The notes under the pieces are model-generated. The model saw only the letters and a program-made list of their open reading frames with translations. It did not search any database and was not told the origin of the DNA. Both the position numbers and the translations under genes were made by a program. A stretch of 64,000 nt of DNA, taken from the NCBI GenBank assembly GCA_963733295.1, contig CAVTCS010000003.1, positions 2,336,001 to 2,400,000 on the forward strand, read 5' to 3'. The number at the start of each line of letters is the position of its first letter. The stretch's first letter is position 1. The stretch comes from Vulcanimicrobiota bacterium. Its GTDB lineage: Bacteria; Vulcanimicrobiota; Vulcanimicrobiia; Vulcanimicrobiales; Vulcanimicrobiaceae. Shown here in pieces: positions 18,353 through 27,444 of the stretch.

Positions 18353-19222
18353 CTACACGTAGGAGTCTTGGATTTTCTCGAGTTCGGGCAGGCGCGCTTC
18401 GATCTGCAGTCCTGCTAGCGCCGCCGGCGGGAGGTGGGTCATCGCTTCGAAGGTCGCGCGCTCGCTTTTGAAGATCACGCCGAGCGGAATCTTCTCAGAT
18501 TTCATCAGCACGTCGAAGGCGTGGGCGCGATCGGCCGGATCGTAGTCCGGACGCTCGTTGACGTAAAACACGTTCTCTTTGAACCACGCGTAGGTGTTGA
18601 TCTTATTGTACGTGACGCACGGCGACATCACTTCAACGACCGAGAAGCCCTCGAATTCAACCGCCTGCTTGATGAGATCGACGAGGATCTTCGGGTGCGC
18701 GGAGAAACCGCGAGCGATGAACGACCCTCCCGCCGCTAAAGCGACGGCGAGTCCGTTGATCGGCGCGTCCGGATTGCCTTGCGGGCTCGTCCCGGTCACG
18801 TACCCGCTCGCGCTCGTGGGCGACGACTGTCCTTTCGTGAGACCATACGTTTGGTTATCCATCACGATGTACGTCATGTTGGGATTGCGCCGCACGGCAT
18901 GCAGAAAGTGTCCCGCTCCAATCGCGTACCCGTCGCCGTCGCCGCCTGCCGCGATCACGGTCAAGTCGCGGTTCGCGAGCTTGACCGCGGTTGCGACCGG
19001 AAGCGCGCGGCCGTGAACGCCGTGAAACGCGTACGAATGCAGGTAACCCGAGATTTTTCCCGAGCATCCGATGCCCGAGACGAAAGCCACGTCCTTGGGT
19101 TGTTTGCCGAGCTCGGCCATCGCTTGTTTGAGCGCCGAAAGCACGCCGTAGTCGCCGCAGCCGGCGCACCACCACGAGGGGGTCGCGGTTGCAAAGTCTT
19201 TGGGTGACATCGTCATGGCCAT
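18353..19222 (-). CDS. 2-oxoacid:ferredoxin oxidoreductase beta subunit
   Basis: WCAGCGD, SGIGCS, HGRALP, GGDGD...N TPP motif and SPCVTYN. Confidence 0.95.
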   Translation of the reverse strand: MAMTMSPKDFATATPSWWCAGCGDYGVLSALKQAMAELGKQPKDVAFVSGIGCSGKISGYLHSYAFHGVHGRALPVATAVKLANRDLTVIAAGGDGDGYAIGAGHFLHAVRRNPNMTYIVMDNQTYGLTKGQSSPTSASGYVTGTSPQGNPDAPINGLAVALAAGGSFIARGFSAHPKILVDLIKQAVEFEGFSVVEVMSPCVTYNKINTYAWFKENVFYVNERPDYDPADRAHAFDVLMKSEKIPLGVIFKSERATFEAMTHLPPAALAGLQIEARLPELEKIQDSYV

Positions 19223-20988
19223 CAGCGTTTCACCTCGGCGAACGCGCGCGGCTGCGCGATTTTGCGGACCGGTTCGACGATCTCGATCGGACGGAAGGGA
19301 CGTCCGTTGTATTTGAGCACGCGATGCATGCGCTCGAGCGGTCCCACCACGTAACGCACGAGACGTTCCAGCTGGCCCGTGAAGTTGTTCTCCACCACGA
19401 AGACCTCTCGCGCACCAGCGATGAATTCGCGCACGTCGTCCTCGGGGAACGGCCAGAGCGTCCGGAACTCGAAGAAACGCGTCGCCACGCCTTGCTCGGC
19501 TAAACGATGCTGCGCTTCGACGATAGGCCCGCAGTTCGAGCCGTAACCGAGGATCGCAATGTCCGCCTGCGGGTCACCGTGGACGATGCCTTTCGGCAAG
19601 TCGTCGCGCATCGACTCGAGCTTGCCCATGCGCTTCTCCATCATAAGCGCGCGATTGCGGGCGTTCTCGGTGATCACGCCGGCCGGATTGTGTTCCGAAC
19701 CCGCGGCCAAGTGCATTCCGCCCTCCAGGCCCGGCACGACGCGCGGCGACACACCGTCATCGGTCAGCGCGAAGCGTTCGTACTCTCCGAAGACCACCGC
19801 GTCGCGCACCAGCTGGCCGCGATCGACCTTCACCCGCGAGAGATCCAAGCGGGGTAGCGTCGCCTTACTCTGACAGAGCGCCTGCTCCGTCAGCAGAAAA
19901 ACGGGGCACTGATACTTTTCGGCGAGGTTGAAGGCCTCGGCAGTGAGATAGAAAGAGTCCTCGATCGTTCCGGGCGCGAGGACGATCCGCGGTATCTCGC
20001 CGTGCCCTGAGAAGATCAGGTGGTTGAGGTTCGACTGCTCGGTCTTCGTCGGCATGCCGGTCGAAGGGCCGGTGCGAGCGCACTCTACGACGACGACCGG
20101 GATTTCGAGCACGCCGGCCAAGCCGATCGCTTCGGTCATGAGCGCCTGCCCCGGACCCGACGTCGCGGTCATCGCGCGCACGCCGGTAAAGGCGGCCCCG
20201 AGCACCATGTTGATCGCGGCCAACTCGTCTTCGGCTTGCACCGCGACTCCACCGAACTTCGGAAGATACTTCGCCATCCATTCGAGCACGTCGGTCGCCG
20301 GCGTGATCGGATAGCCCGCCATGAAACGGCAACCGGCAACGAGCGCTCCGTAGCCGATCGCGTCGTTGCCCATCATGATCAGGCGATCGCCGTCATCCGC
20401 TTCGCGCAGCGCGTATCCGCTCGGCCACTCGGCAAAATGCCGGTCGACGTACGCTTCACCCGCTTCGATGGCGCGCAGGTTGAGATCGACGACTTTTTCA
20501 CCTTTACGCTTGTAGACGCCGGCGACGTCGGCGCGTACGACCTCCGGATCCATGCCGATGAGTTTTGCGAGCGCACCGAGCGAGATCGTGTTGCGCACGA
20601 GTTCGAGCCCCAGATCCTGCTTCGCAATTTGGGCTAACGGAATCTCGTACCAGTGCACGTCGCTGCGCCGGACGCTGTCGGGGATCTGCTCGGAGGTGCT
20701 ATCGAAGATGACGAAGCCGCCGGGACGCATTTCGTCGATGTGCGCCTCGACCGCCTCGAGATCGAAGGCGATGAGCCCGTCGACGAAGTCCGCCATCCCC
20801 CAGTGCGGATGCTCCCCCGCGCGAATGACGTAGTTCGTATGGCCGCCGCGAATGCGCGACGGGAAATCCTTGTAGGTGTAGACCTCAAGGCCCATGCGTT
20901 TGAACACGCCCGCGATGAGATCGCCGGTGGTCAGGCTACCGTCGCCGGCCTGTCCCCCGAACATGATCTCGATATCGTTAACGACCAC
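19222..20988 (-). CDS. 2-oxoacid:acceptor oxidoreductase alpha subunit (gamma-alpha fusion)
   Basis: IRGGH, YPITPAT, QAEDE, ATSGPG and GPSTGMPTK. GTG 20988 follows GGAG. Confidence 0.95.
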   Translation of the reverse strand: MVVNDIEIMFGGQAGDGSLTTGDLIAGVFKRMGLEVYTYKDFPSRIRGGHTNYVIRAGEHPHWGMADFVDGLIAFDLEAVEAHIDEMRPGGFVIFDSTSEQIPDSVRRSDVHWYEIPLAQIAKQDLGLELVRNTISLGALAKLIGMDPEVVRADVAGVYKRKGEKVVDLNLRAIEAGEAYVDRHFAEWPSGYALREADDGDRLIMMGNDAIGYGALVAGCRFMAGYPITPATDVLEWMAKYLPKFGGVAVQAEDELAAINMVLGAAFTGVRAMTATSGPGQALMTEAIGLAGVLEIPVVVVECARTGPSTGMPTKTEQSNLNHLIFSGHGEIPRIVLAPGTIEDSFYLTAEAFNLAEKYQCPVFLLTEQALCQSKATLPRLDLSRVKVDRGQLVRDAVVFGEYERFALTDDGVSPRVVPGLEGGMHLAAGSEHNPAGVITENARNRALMMEKRMGKLESMRDDLPKGIVHGDPQADIAILGYGSNCGPIVEAQHRLAEQGVATRFFEFRTLWPFPEDDVREFIAGAREVFVVENNFTGQLERLVRYVVGPLERMHRVLKYNGRPFRPIEIVEPVRKIAQPRAFAEVKR

Positions 20989-21065
20989 TACGTCTCCAAT
21001 CCGTGGATAGAATCTGCCGCTTCGATGTTTCCATTCCCCAAGCGACCTGCCCTCGCCGTCGCGCT

Positions 21066-21497
21066 TCACAACAAGAACTTGCGCATCACCGCGACGTCGA
21101 GTTTGAACGTGTGCTGGGGCAGGGTCGCCTCGAGCTTGTAGCCGGCGGCCTCGAAAAAGCGGCGCGCCGCCCCCTCGAGCGGCAGCTCGAGCGTCACCTT
21201 ATGACAATTGTAGTAGTTCGCCAACTCTTCGGCCCGCTCGACGAGGCGCCGGCCCACCCCGCGATGCCGCCATTCCGGTTCGACGAGCAGCGAGTCGAGG
21301 TGCGCCAGCGATGCGGCGATGCGTAGGCCGAGGACGCCCACGACCCGGCCGGCGACGGTCGCCGCGAGTTCGTGTTGCTGAGCGTGCCAAACGACGCGAA
21401 ATCCCCACAGCGTCGAAAGCGCCTCGCGCTCGTGCTCGCGCCGGAACGCCTCCGTCCGCTCCGGCCGGACGACCTCGATCTCGACCGGTTCAAGCAC
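21066..21497 (-). CDS. GNAT family N-acetyltransferase
   Basis: LLVEPEWRHRGVGRRL and ARRFFEAAGY. Confidence 0.85.
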   Translation of the reverse strand: MLEPVEIEVVRPERTEAFRREHEREALSTLWGFRVVWHAQQHELAATVAGRVVGVLGLRIAASLAHLDSLLVEPEWRHRGVGRRLVERAEELANYYNCHKVTLELPLEGAARRFFEAAGYKLEATLPQHTFKLDVAVMRKFLL

Positions 21498-22302
21498 GCG
21501 CGACGGCCGCGATCTCCGTCGTCGCGTCGAGCAGCCAGCCGTCGTGCGCGGCGAAAACGCGCAGGCCGAGCTCGTCCTCGAGCTCGCGCGCCAAGGCGTC
21601 GGGATTGCGTTCGAGCATGCGCGTCCCGAAGTGAGTCATGACCGCCACCCGCGGCCGAACTCCCGCGATGACCGTGCGCGCTTGATCGAACGTCAGGTGG
21701 TCGACGTCCATCGAGTCGCGATAGCGCAGAACGTTGACGATCAACAGGTCGGGCGCGTGCGAACGATAGTCCTCGACGAGACCGTCGAAAAAACGGCCGC
21801 AGGGAAGATACGATACGGTCGTTCCATGGTGCGAGAAATGCAGCCCGTACGTCTCCACGCCATGCTCGTGACGCACCGACGTCCGAACGTCGACGTCGTT
21901 GATGCGGTACGGACCGCTGCGCTCCTCGAGGTAATGATGGACCGGCACGAAGCGCTGGGCGTACGGAAAGATGACCGGCTCGCCTTCGAACGCGTCGCGC
22001 GGGGCGAGCAGCGCGCCGCGAGGCTTCCAGCCGCCTTGAGTCATCGCTTCGATCATCGCGTTGACGTCGCCGGCGTGATCGAGGTGCTTGTGCGAGAGCA
22101 CGATCGCGTCGAGTTCGGGCGGCTCGCAGCGCGGCACCGTCGACAAAGCGCGCACGAGCGCGCCGGGCCCCGGATCGACATGGATCTGCGTCGTTCGTCC
22201 GGGTCCGTCGCCGAACGTAAACCACATCCCGCCCGACGCTCGGATCTGCCGCGCGACGACGAATCGGGCTCCGCCGGTCCCGAGGAAGCGAACCGTTACC
22301 AC
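21490..22302 (-). CDS. MBL-fold metallo-hydrolase
   Basis: FLGTGG, DPGPG, SHKHLDH, DHL and THFG. Confidence 0.88.
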   Translation of the reverse strand: MVTVRFLGTGGARFVVARQIRASGGMWFTFGDGPGRTTQIHVDPGPGALVRALSTVPRCEPPELDAIVLSHKHLDHAGDVNAMIEAMTQGGWKPRGALLAPRDAFEGEPVIFPYAQRFVPVHHYLEERSGPYRINDVDVRTSVRHEHGVETYGLHFSHHGTTVSYLPCGRFFDGLVEDYRSHAPDLLIVNVLRYRDSMDVDHLTFDQARTVIAGVRPRVAVMTHFGTRMLERNPDALARELEDELGLRVFAAHDGWLLDATTEIAAVARA

Positions 22303-22327
22303 GCGCTAACCGTTCAGCGCGCGGCGC

Positions 22328-23119
22328 TCACCATCCCATGTAGATCCCGCCGTTGATATTGAGCGACTGTCCCGTCATATAGTCGCCTTCAACGGCGAGG
22401 AAGCGTACGCCGCGCGCAATTTCCTCGGGCTTCGCCACGCGGTGCATTGGGATGCGATCCAAGATCTTCTCTTGAATGTTCGGCGGAACCGAGCGCCACA
22501 TCTCGGTTTCGACGAAGCCCGGACAAACCGCGTTCACGGTGATGTTGTAGCGAGCGAGTTCGATCGCGAGCGATTTCGTGAATCCGAGGATGCCGGCCTT
22601 GGCCGCGGAGTAGTTCGCTTGGCCGAAGTTACCCATCTGTCCGACGAACGAGGAAATGTTGATGATGCGGCCCCAGCCGTTTTCGAGCAGCAGCGGAACC
22701 GCGCAGTGGCAGCAGTTCATCACGCTGGTGAGATTGGTGTCGATGACCTCGTGCCAGTCTTGCACCGTCATCTTCTTGAACGTGCGGTCGCGCAGGATGC
22801 CCGCGTTGTTCACGATGATGTCGAGCCGTCCAGTCTTGGCTTTGACGCGCTCGAACATCGCGCAAACCTCGTCAAAATTCCTGACGTTCCCGCATTCGGC
22901 CAGCGCCGATCCGCCGGCGGCTTCGATCTGCGCTACCACGCCGGCAGCAGCTTCCGCGCCGCTCACGTAGTTAACGACGATCGTCGCGCCCGACGCGGCG
23001 AGTTCGCGCGCGATCGCGGCACCGATGCCGCGCGAGCTGCCGGTAACGACGGCAACGCGTCCTAAGAGGGGTTTCGGCTGGTTCGGATCGGGCGCGATCG
23101 CCCGCGCTGTCGTTTCCAT
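22328..23119 (-). CDS. phaB: Acetoacetyl-CoA reductase (PhaB/FabG-type SDR)
   Basis: TGSSRGIG, NNAGILRDRTFKKM, NISS..GQMGNFGQANYSAAK and INGGIYM; adjacent to phasin and PhaQ genes. Confidence 0.8.
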   Translation of the reverse strand: METTARAIAPDPNQPKPLLGRVAVVTGSSRGIGAAIARELAASGATIVVNYVSGAEAAAGVVAQIEAAGGSALAECGNVRNFDEVCAMFERVKAKTGRLDIIVNNAGILRDRTFKKMTVQDWHEVIDTNLTSVMNCCHCAVPLLLENGWGRIINISSFVGQMGNFGQANYSAAKAGILGFTKSLAIELARYNITVNAVCPGFVETEMWRSVPPNIQEKILDRIPMHRVAKPEEIARGVRFLAVEGDYMTGQSLNINGGIYMGW

Positions 23120-23168
23120 GAGAAAAGCCTTCGGAGAGCGCACGGGTCGCTCCCTGAAGGCGATTCTC
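23120..23168 (-). terminator. Hairpin/terminator between the phasin gene and phaB
   Basis: Minus strand GCCTTCAGGGAGCG-acccgtg-CGCTCTCCGAAGGC followed by TTTTCT, then the phaB ATG. Confidence 0.6.
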
Positions 23169-23189
23169 AGTTAGTTCGCCGGGATGTCG

Positions 23190-23651
23190 TTAGTTCTGGC
23201 TGACTTGCTGGACGCGGGCTTGCGCTTCGTCGATGCGCTTGGAAAACTCGTCGAACTGCTGCGTCGCGGTCTCCTTCACGTAGCTCATGTTCGAAAGGCC
23301 GGTCTCGACGGCGCCGCGGAGTCCCGCAGCAACCGTTTCTTGCCAGTTGGCCCCGTGTGCGGCGAGCTTCTCGGCAAACTCGGAGGCGCTCTGCGCGTTC
23401 TTCTGCAGCTCGGCGACGGTCAACGTCGCGATCTGATTGGCGCGGTCGAAGTTGTCGCGAACGGTCGCCTCGACCGCTGACGACGCGTAGGGGCGCGACG
23501 TGATCTCGTAGATCGACTTGCAGTACTCGAGGCCGCGCCGGGCGCCGGCCGCGTAGGTATCGATGAACATCGTGTAGGCGGAATTCGTCAGTTCCAGGTA
23601 GCTTGCGGTCGTCTCTTTGACGGTCGCGGTGGCGGTTGCGTCTTTCTTCAA
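23190..23651 (-). CDS. phaP: Putative phasin (PHA granule protein)
   Basis: Amphipathic helical Ala/Glu/Gln/Thr-rich 153-aa protein; GAGGAG ribosome-binding site; TTGA overlap with phaQ. Assignment is largely from context. Confidence 0.6.
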   Translation of the reverse strand: MKKDATATATVKETTASYLELTNSAYTMFIDTYAAGARRGLEYCKSIYEITSRPYASSAVEATVRDNFDRANQIATLTVAELQKNAQSASEFAEKLAAHGANWQETVAAGLRGAVETGLSNMSYVKETATQQFDEFSKRIDEAQARVQQVSQN

Positions 23652-24121
23652 GGCTTCTCCTCAGGCGGCTTCGAGCTGCCCGCACGCTGCGGGTGCCCTT
23701 TCTGCCACGTTCCGGTGTAGAGGCTGAAGAACGCGTCGAGATTCGTGCGATATTGCTCGAGCGCCGAGCTCCAAACTTTGAGCGCGTCGTTGCCGGCGTC
23801 GGTGAGCGTGTAAACGCGCCGGGCCGGGCCTTGCTCTTTGGGATCCCACCACGAGGTGATGTAGCCGTCGCGTTCGAGTTGCCGTAGCGCCCGGTAGACC
23901 GTCCCAGGATCCGAGACCACCGCGAAATTCTCGCGGAGGGCTTTCATGATCTCATAACCGTGCAGGTTCAGGTCCTTGAGCATTACCAGCAGCCACGCCA
24001 TCAGGTAGTTCTTGGGCGTGCCCCGTGGGGGCAAACCCGCATCGGCCTTTCCGTGGAGGGGGTCGGCGCGGTCGGAATCGTCGCCGTTCGACGGACCCCG
24101 GCCATTCAATACGTCCTTCAT
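23648..24121 (-). CDS. phaQ: PadR-family PHB-responsive repressor, PhaQ-like
   Basis: PKNYL..WLL..LKD..LHGY, VYRALRQLE..G.ITS.WD and GPARRVYTLT, resembling Bacillus PhaQ. Confidence 0.8.
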   Translation of the reverse strand: MKDVLNGRGPSNGDDSDRADPLHGKADAGLPPRGTPKNYLMAWLLVMLKDLNLHGYEIMKALRENFAVVSDPGTVYRALRQLERDGYITSWWDPKEQGPARRVYTLTDAGNDALKVWSSALEQYRTNLDAFFSLYTGTWQKGHPQRAGSSKPPEEKP

Positions 24122-24162
24122 GCCTATATATGCATTCTACACCTAAGTGTGGATTTTGGCAA
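24120..24162 (-). promoter_or_regulatory. Sigma70 promoter TTGCCA-N17-TAGAAT with overlapping palindromes
   Basis: -35 at 24157-24162 and -10 at 24134-24139; ATGC-N8-GCAT at 24120-24135; ACAC-N4-GTGT at 24139-24150. Confidence 0.75.
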
Positions 24163-24168
24163 GGTTGC

Positions 24169-24621
24169 TCAGCCCGCCGCAGCTCCCGAAGCGTGAACGG
24201 CCGGCCCGAGGACATCGTCGACGAGGCAGACCGCCTCGCCGCTGAGGACTGTTTCACCCCGCTGATTGCGTACCGCGGCGTCCAGGGTGAGGATGGAGCG
24301 TTCGGGGCGGTACGCGCTCACGGTCACGCTCACCGTCACCTCGTCGCCGAGAAAAACCGGGCGTAAGAACTTGAGCGTCTGGCTCATGTAGATCGTACCG
24401 GGACCGGGGAATTTCGTGCCGAGAAGGCCCGATATATAGGAAGCGATCAGCATCCCGTGGGCGATCCGGCGCCCGAAACGGGTGTGCGCCGCGTACGCTT
24501 CGTCGAGGTGGATGGGGTTTTTGTCGCCCGTGGCCCGAGCGAATGTCTCGACTTCATCGGCGGTCACGGTGCGGACGAGCGAAGCGCTCTGGCCGACAAA
24601 GAATTCCGGGCGACTTTGCAT
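24169..24621 (-). CDS. phaJ: MaoC-family (R)-specific enoyl-CoA hydratase
   Basis: FARATGDKNPIHLD.AYA..TRFGRRIAHGML and PGPGTIYMSQ..KF.RPV..GD. Confidence 0.85.
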   Translation of the reverse strand: MQSRPEFFVGQSASLVRTVTADEVETFARATGDKNPIHLDEAYAAHTRFGRRIAHGMLIASYISGLLGTKFPGPGTIYMSQTLKFLRPVFLGDEVTVSVTVSAYRPERSILTLDAAVRNQRGETVLSGEAVCLVDDVLGPAVHASGAAAG

Positions 24622-24717
24622 ATCCGGAGATTTTCTCTCTAGATGTGTTTCCCCCGCCCTTGCGGTAACGGGACTGTAACGGCCCTCCGATACCTTACGT
24701 CCGTCGGCAAGACGACA

Positions 24718-24761
24718 AGAAGAAGCGGCGCGACTGGGCAGCGCCGCTTCTTCTCTTTTTT
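24718..24761. terminator. Intrinsic terminator with a 14-bp stem
   Basis: AGAAGAAGCGGCGC-9nt-GCGCCGCTTCTTCT followed by CTTTTTT; lies directly after the DUF1501 stop. Confidence 0.85.
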
Positions 24762-24763
24762 GG

Positions 24764-25987
24764 CTATGCCAGCAGCGAGAGCGTCGGAAACGACCCCGCG
24801 ATGATGCCACCGGCCGGGCGGCCGAACCACTTCTCGACGACCGTCGCGTAGACGCTGCGGAAGTCGATCGTGTACTTGACGTCGCCGTTGTCGAGCGCGT
24901 CGAGCGAGGGATGCTCGCCGTAGAGTCCGCCCTTGATTCCGCCGCCCACGAGGAACATCGGCGCCGCCTCGCCGTGATCGGTACCGCGGCTCCCGTTTTC
25001 GGCGACGCGCCGGCCGAATTCGGAGAAGGTGAGCGTCAGCGTGCGCTTGTCGTTCCCATGCGCGGCTAGATCGTCGTAGAAAGCCTTAAGGGCGTCGGAG
25101 AGTTCGCGCAGCAGCCGGTCTTGCGTCGGTTTCTGTCCCGCGTGGGTGTCGAACGAGCCGTGCTGCACGTAGATCACGCGGGTGCCGAGGCGGCTCCCGG
25201 CGATTTGCGCGGCGAGCGAGAGGCTGCGCCCGATTGCGGTGGCGGGATAGGCTCCGCTCGGAGTGTAGCCCGCGACGAGTTTCGGCAGCTCTTCGGAGCC
25301 GCGCTGCGCGTGATCTTCGATCTCGGCCACCGTCGCGAGGTACGGCGAGCGAAACGGGACGCGGTCGTCGTGCACGAGCGACGCGAACGCGGTGCGCGTG
25401 TCGGCGCGGCGGTCGCTCGCCAAACCATAGCCTTGCAACGCTCCGATCGCGGGCACGTCGTTCTTGCGCGAGATCATCACTTCGGGCAGAACCGGCGCGA
25501 CCGCGACGGCGTTGAAGAGGTTTGCGGCCGGCAGGCCGGCGGAATCGAGAAAGCGTCCGATCCAGCCGGTACTCTCGAAACGCTCGGGTGCGGCGGTCTG
25601 CCAGATCTCGGTCGAACGGAAATGCGAGTGGTCGGGTCGCGGATAGCCCGCACCCTGCACGATCGCGACGTTCCCGGCGTCGTACATGTCTTTGAGCGAG
25701 CGCATCTCCGGATTGAATCCGACCTTGTCGTTGATCTGCAAGACGTCGCGCGCCGCGATGCCGAGCGTCGGACGATATTGGTAGTACTGCTGCATGCCGT
25801 GCGGCACGATCGTGTTGAGCCCGTCGTTTCCGCCCTGCAAGTTGACGATCACGAGCACGCGCTCGTCGACGCCGCCGGGAAGTCCGGGTAGCGGCGCCTG
25901 CGCGAGCGCGCTGCCGAAGAACGAATCGGTTTTGGCCGCGACCGTGAGCCCGGAGATCGCCCCTAGGAGAAAACCACTGCGTCTCAT
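24764..25987 (-). CDS. DUF1501 family protein with a Tat-like signal
   Basis: MRRSGFL, GGNDGLN, SHF, FDTH, SEFGRR..EN...GTDHG and DFRSVY. Confidence 0.9.
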   Translation of the reverse strand: MRRSGFLLGAISGLTVAAKTDSFFGSALAQAPLPGLPGGVDERVLVIVNLQGGNDGLNTIVPHGMQQYYQYRPTLGIAARDVLQINDKVGFNPEMRSLKDMYDAGNVAIVQGAGYPRPDHSHFRSTEIWQTAAPERFESTGWIGRFLDSAGLPAANLFNAVAVAPVLPEVMISRKNDVPAIGALQGYGLASDRRADTRTAFASLVHDDRVPFRSPYLATVAEIEDHAQRGSEELPKLVAGYTPSGAYPATAIGRSLSLAAQIAGSRLGTRVIYVQHGSFDTHAGQKPTQDRLLRELSDALKAFYDDLAAHGNDKRTLTLTFSEFGRRVAENGSRGTDHGEAAPMFLVGGGIKGGLYGEHPSLDALDNGDVKYTIDFRSVYATVVEKWFGRPAGGIIAGSFPTLSLLA

Positions 25988-26001
25988 CGAAAACGAACTC
26001 C

Positions 26002-27444
26002 TTAGCTCAATTGGTAGGCGGGCATCGCCATCGTAAGGTAAGCGGCGCCGCGCATCCGCTCTTCGAAATTTTCAGCCGAGAGGGCCGCGTCGGCCGACGT
26101 GCCGGTCCCGTCGAGATAAGAGGCCAGCCTCAGCGCGGCTGCGGGACTCGCGTCGCCTTGCAGGATGGCGCCGATCAGCTTTTGCGTCGCGGCCTTCCCG
26201 TTCGGGGGCAGCGCGTCGAGCAGCCAGGTCTTTCCCGGCGCCATCGCCGGTGACGAGACGAGCGCGCTCGAGAAGTTCTCGCGCGCCAAAAGCGTTTGCG
26301 TATTCAACCACTGCGAGCCGCCGTCCCAACCCTTCACGCTGGGAGGATGGAAGGGCAGCTGACCCATGCGCCGCAGCAGCGGCACCACGCCCGGCTCGAG
26401 CTGCTCGATGCCATACAGTTGATACGAACCGATAACGAACTCGACGGGGCTCTTGACGAGCGCCCGATAGGCGCGCTCGGAGTAGAAAACCTGCGAACGG
26501 AAAAGCGTCGACATCACCGGCGCCATGTTGTAGTCGTTCTTGCGGATGAGCGCCGCTAGGGCACCGACCAACTCGGGCTCGGGATCGCTGTAAACGAAAA
26601 AGCCCAGGACCTTTCCGGCGAACCATTCCGCGCAGGCCGGCTGCCTGAAGATTATCTCCACGATGTCGTCGCCGTTGAAGTTCCCGGTCTGTCCGAGGAA
26701 CGTCTTCGATCCGTCGTCGTGCTGCGCCGCGTTGAAGTAGAATTGGCCGGTGCTGCGCCCGAACGTGTAACCGGTGAAGGCGCGCGCGCTCTCGCGCACG
26801 TCCTGCTCGCTGTAGTGACCGATGCCCAGCGTGAAGAGTTCCATCAGCTCGCGCGCCATGTTTTCGTTCGGGTGAGCCTTGACGCTACGCGCGTTGTCCA
26901 ACCACTTCAGCATCGCGCGGTCGCGGACCATGGCATGCGTCAGCTCGCGCCAGTTTCCCAGCGCGTACGCGCGCAGGAGGTTGTTTTGATCGACGATATC
27001 GCTGCCGTAGATGCCTTTCGTGCCGCTGGCCGTCGCGAAATTGCCGTGCAGAAAGAGCGTCATCTTTTCTTGCAGCGGCGCCGGCGAGCCGAGCATCCGG
27101 TTCATCCACCACTCGACGTTTGCCAGTTCTTGGGCGCGCCGGGTTTGCGCGAGCGCCATGCGCTCTTCGGGCGTCAAGTCGGCCGGCCGCCGGAGCGACA
27201 TGCCGCCTTCGTCGAGCTGGCCCGGTGAAACCGGCATCGACAAGGTCGGCGGAAAGCGGACGAGCGCTTCGACCGCGTCGCCCGGCGAAAGCTTCGCCAC
27301 GCGCGCTACATCGGCCGGCGATCCGCCGAAGCCCGCGCGGCGCAGCAAGTGCGCCGCAAGTCGCGTGCTCCAGGCACCGGAGTAGGGAGAAAGCGGCGCA
27401 GCAGGCAGCGCACCGGGCGGCCGGAACGAGGCGTCGGGATCCAT
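26002..27444 (-). CDS. DUF1800 family protein
   Basis: HLLRRAGFG, LQEKMTLF.H, PNENMARELMELFTLG, ARAFTG and PPSVKGW. Confidence 0.9.
   Translation of the reverse strand: MDPDASFRPPGALPAAPLSPYSGAWSTRLAAHLLRRAGFGGSPADVARVAKLSPGDAVEALVRFPPTLSMPVSPGQLDEGGMSLRRPADLTPEERMALAQTRRAQELANVEWWMNRMLGSPAPLQEKMTLFLHGNFATASGTKGIYGSDIVDQNNLLRAYALGNWRELTHAMVRDRAMLKWLDNARSVKAHPNENMARELMELFTLGIGHYSEQDVRESARAFTGYTFGRSTGQFYFNAAQHDDGSKTFLGQTGNFNGDDIVEIIFRQPACAEWFAGKVLGFFVYSDPEPELVGALAALIRKNDYNMAPVMSTLFRSQVFYSERAYRALVKSPVEFVIGSYQLYGIEQLEPGVVPLLRRMGQLPFHPPSVKGWDGGSQWLNTQTLLARENFSSALVSSPAMAPGKTWLLDALPPNGKAATQKLIGAILQGDASPAAALRLASYLDGTGTSADAALSAENFEERMRGAAYLTMAMPAYQLS

Noticed and set aside
18272..18355. Possible TAG readthrough or recoding (oxidoreductase beta in frame with the cyclase; binding protein in frame with the GNAT)
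   Set aside because: In-frame neighbours occur by chance one time in three, and TAG ends many conserved genes here at their normal C-termini.
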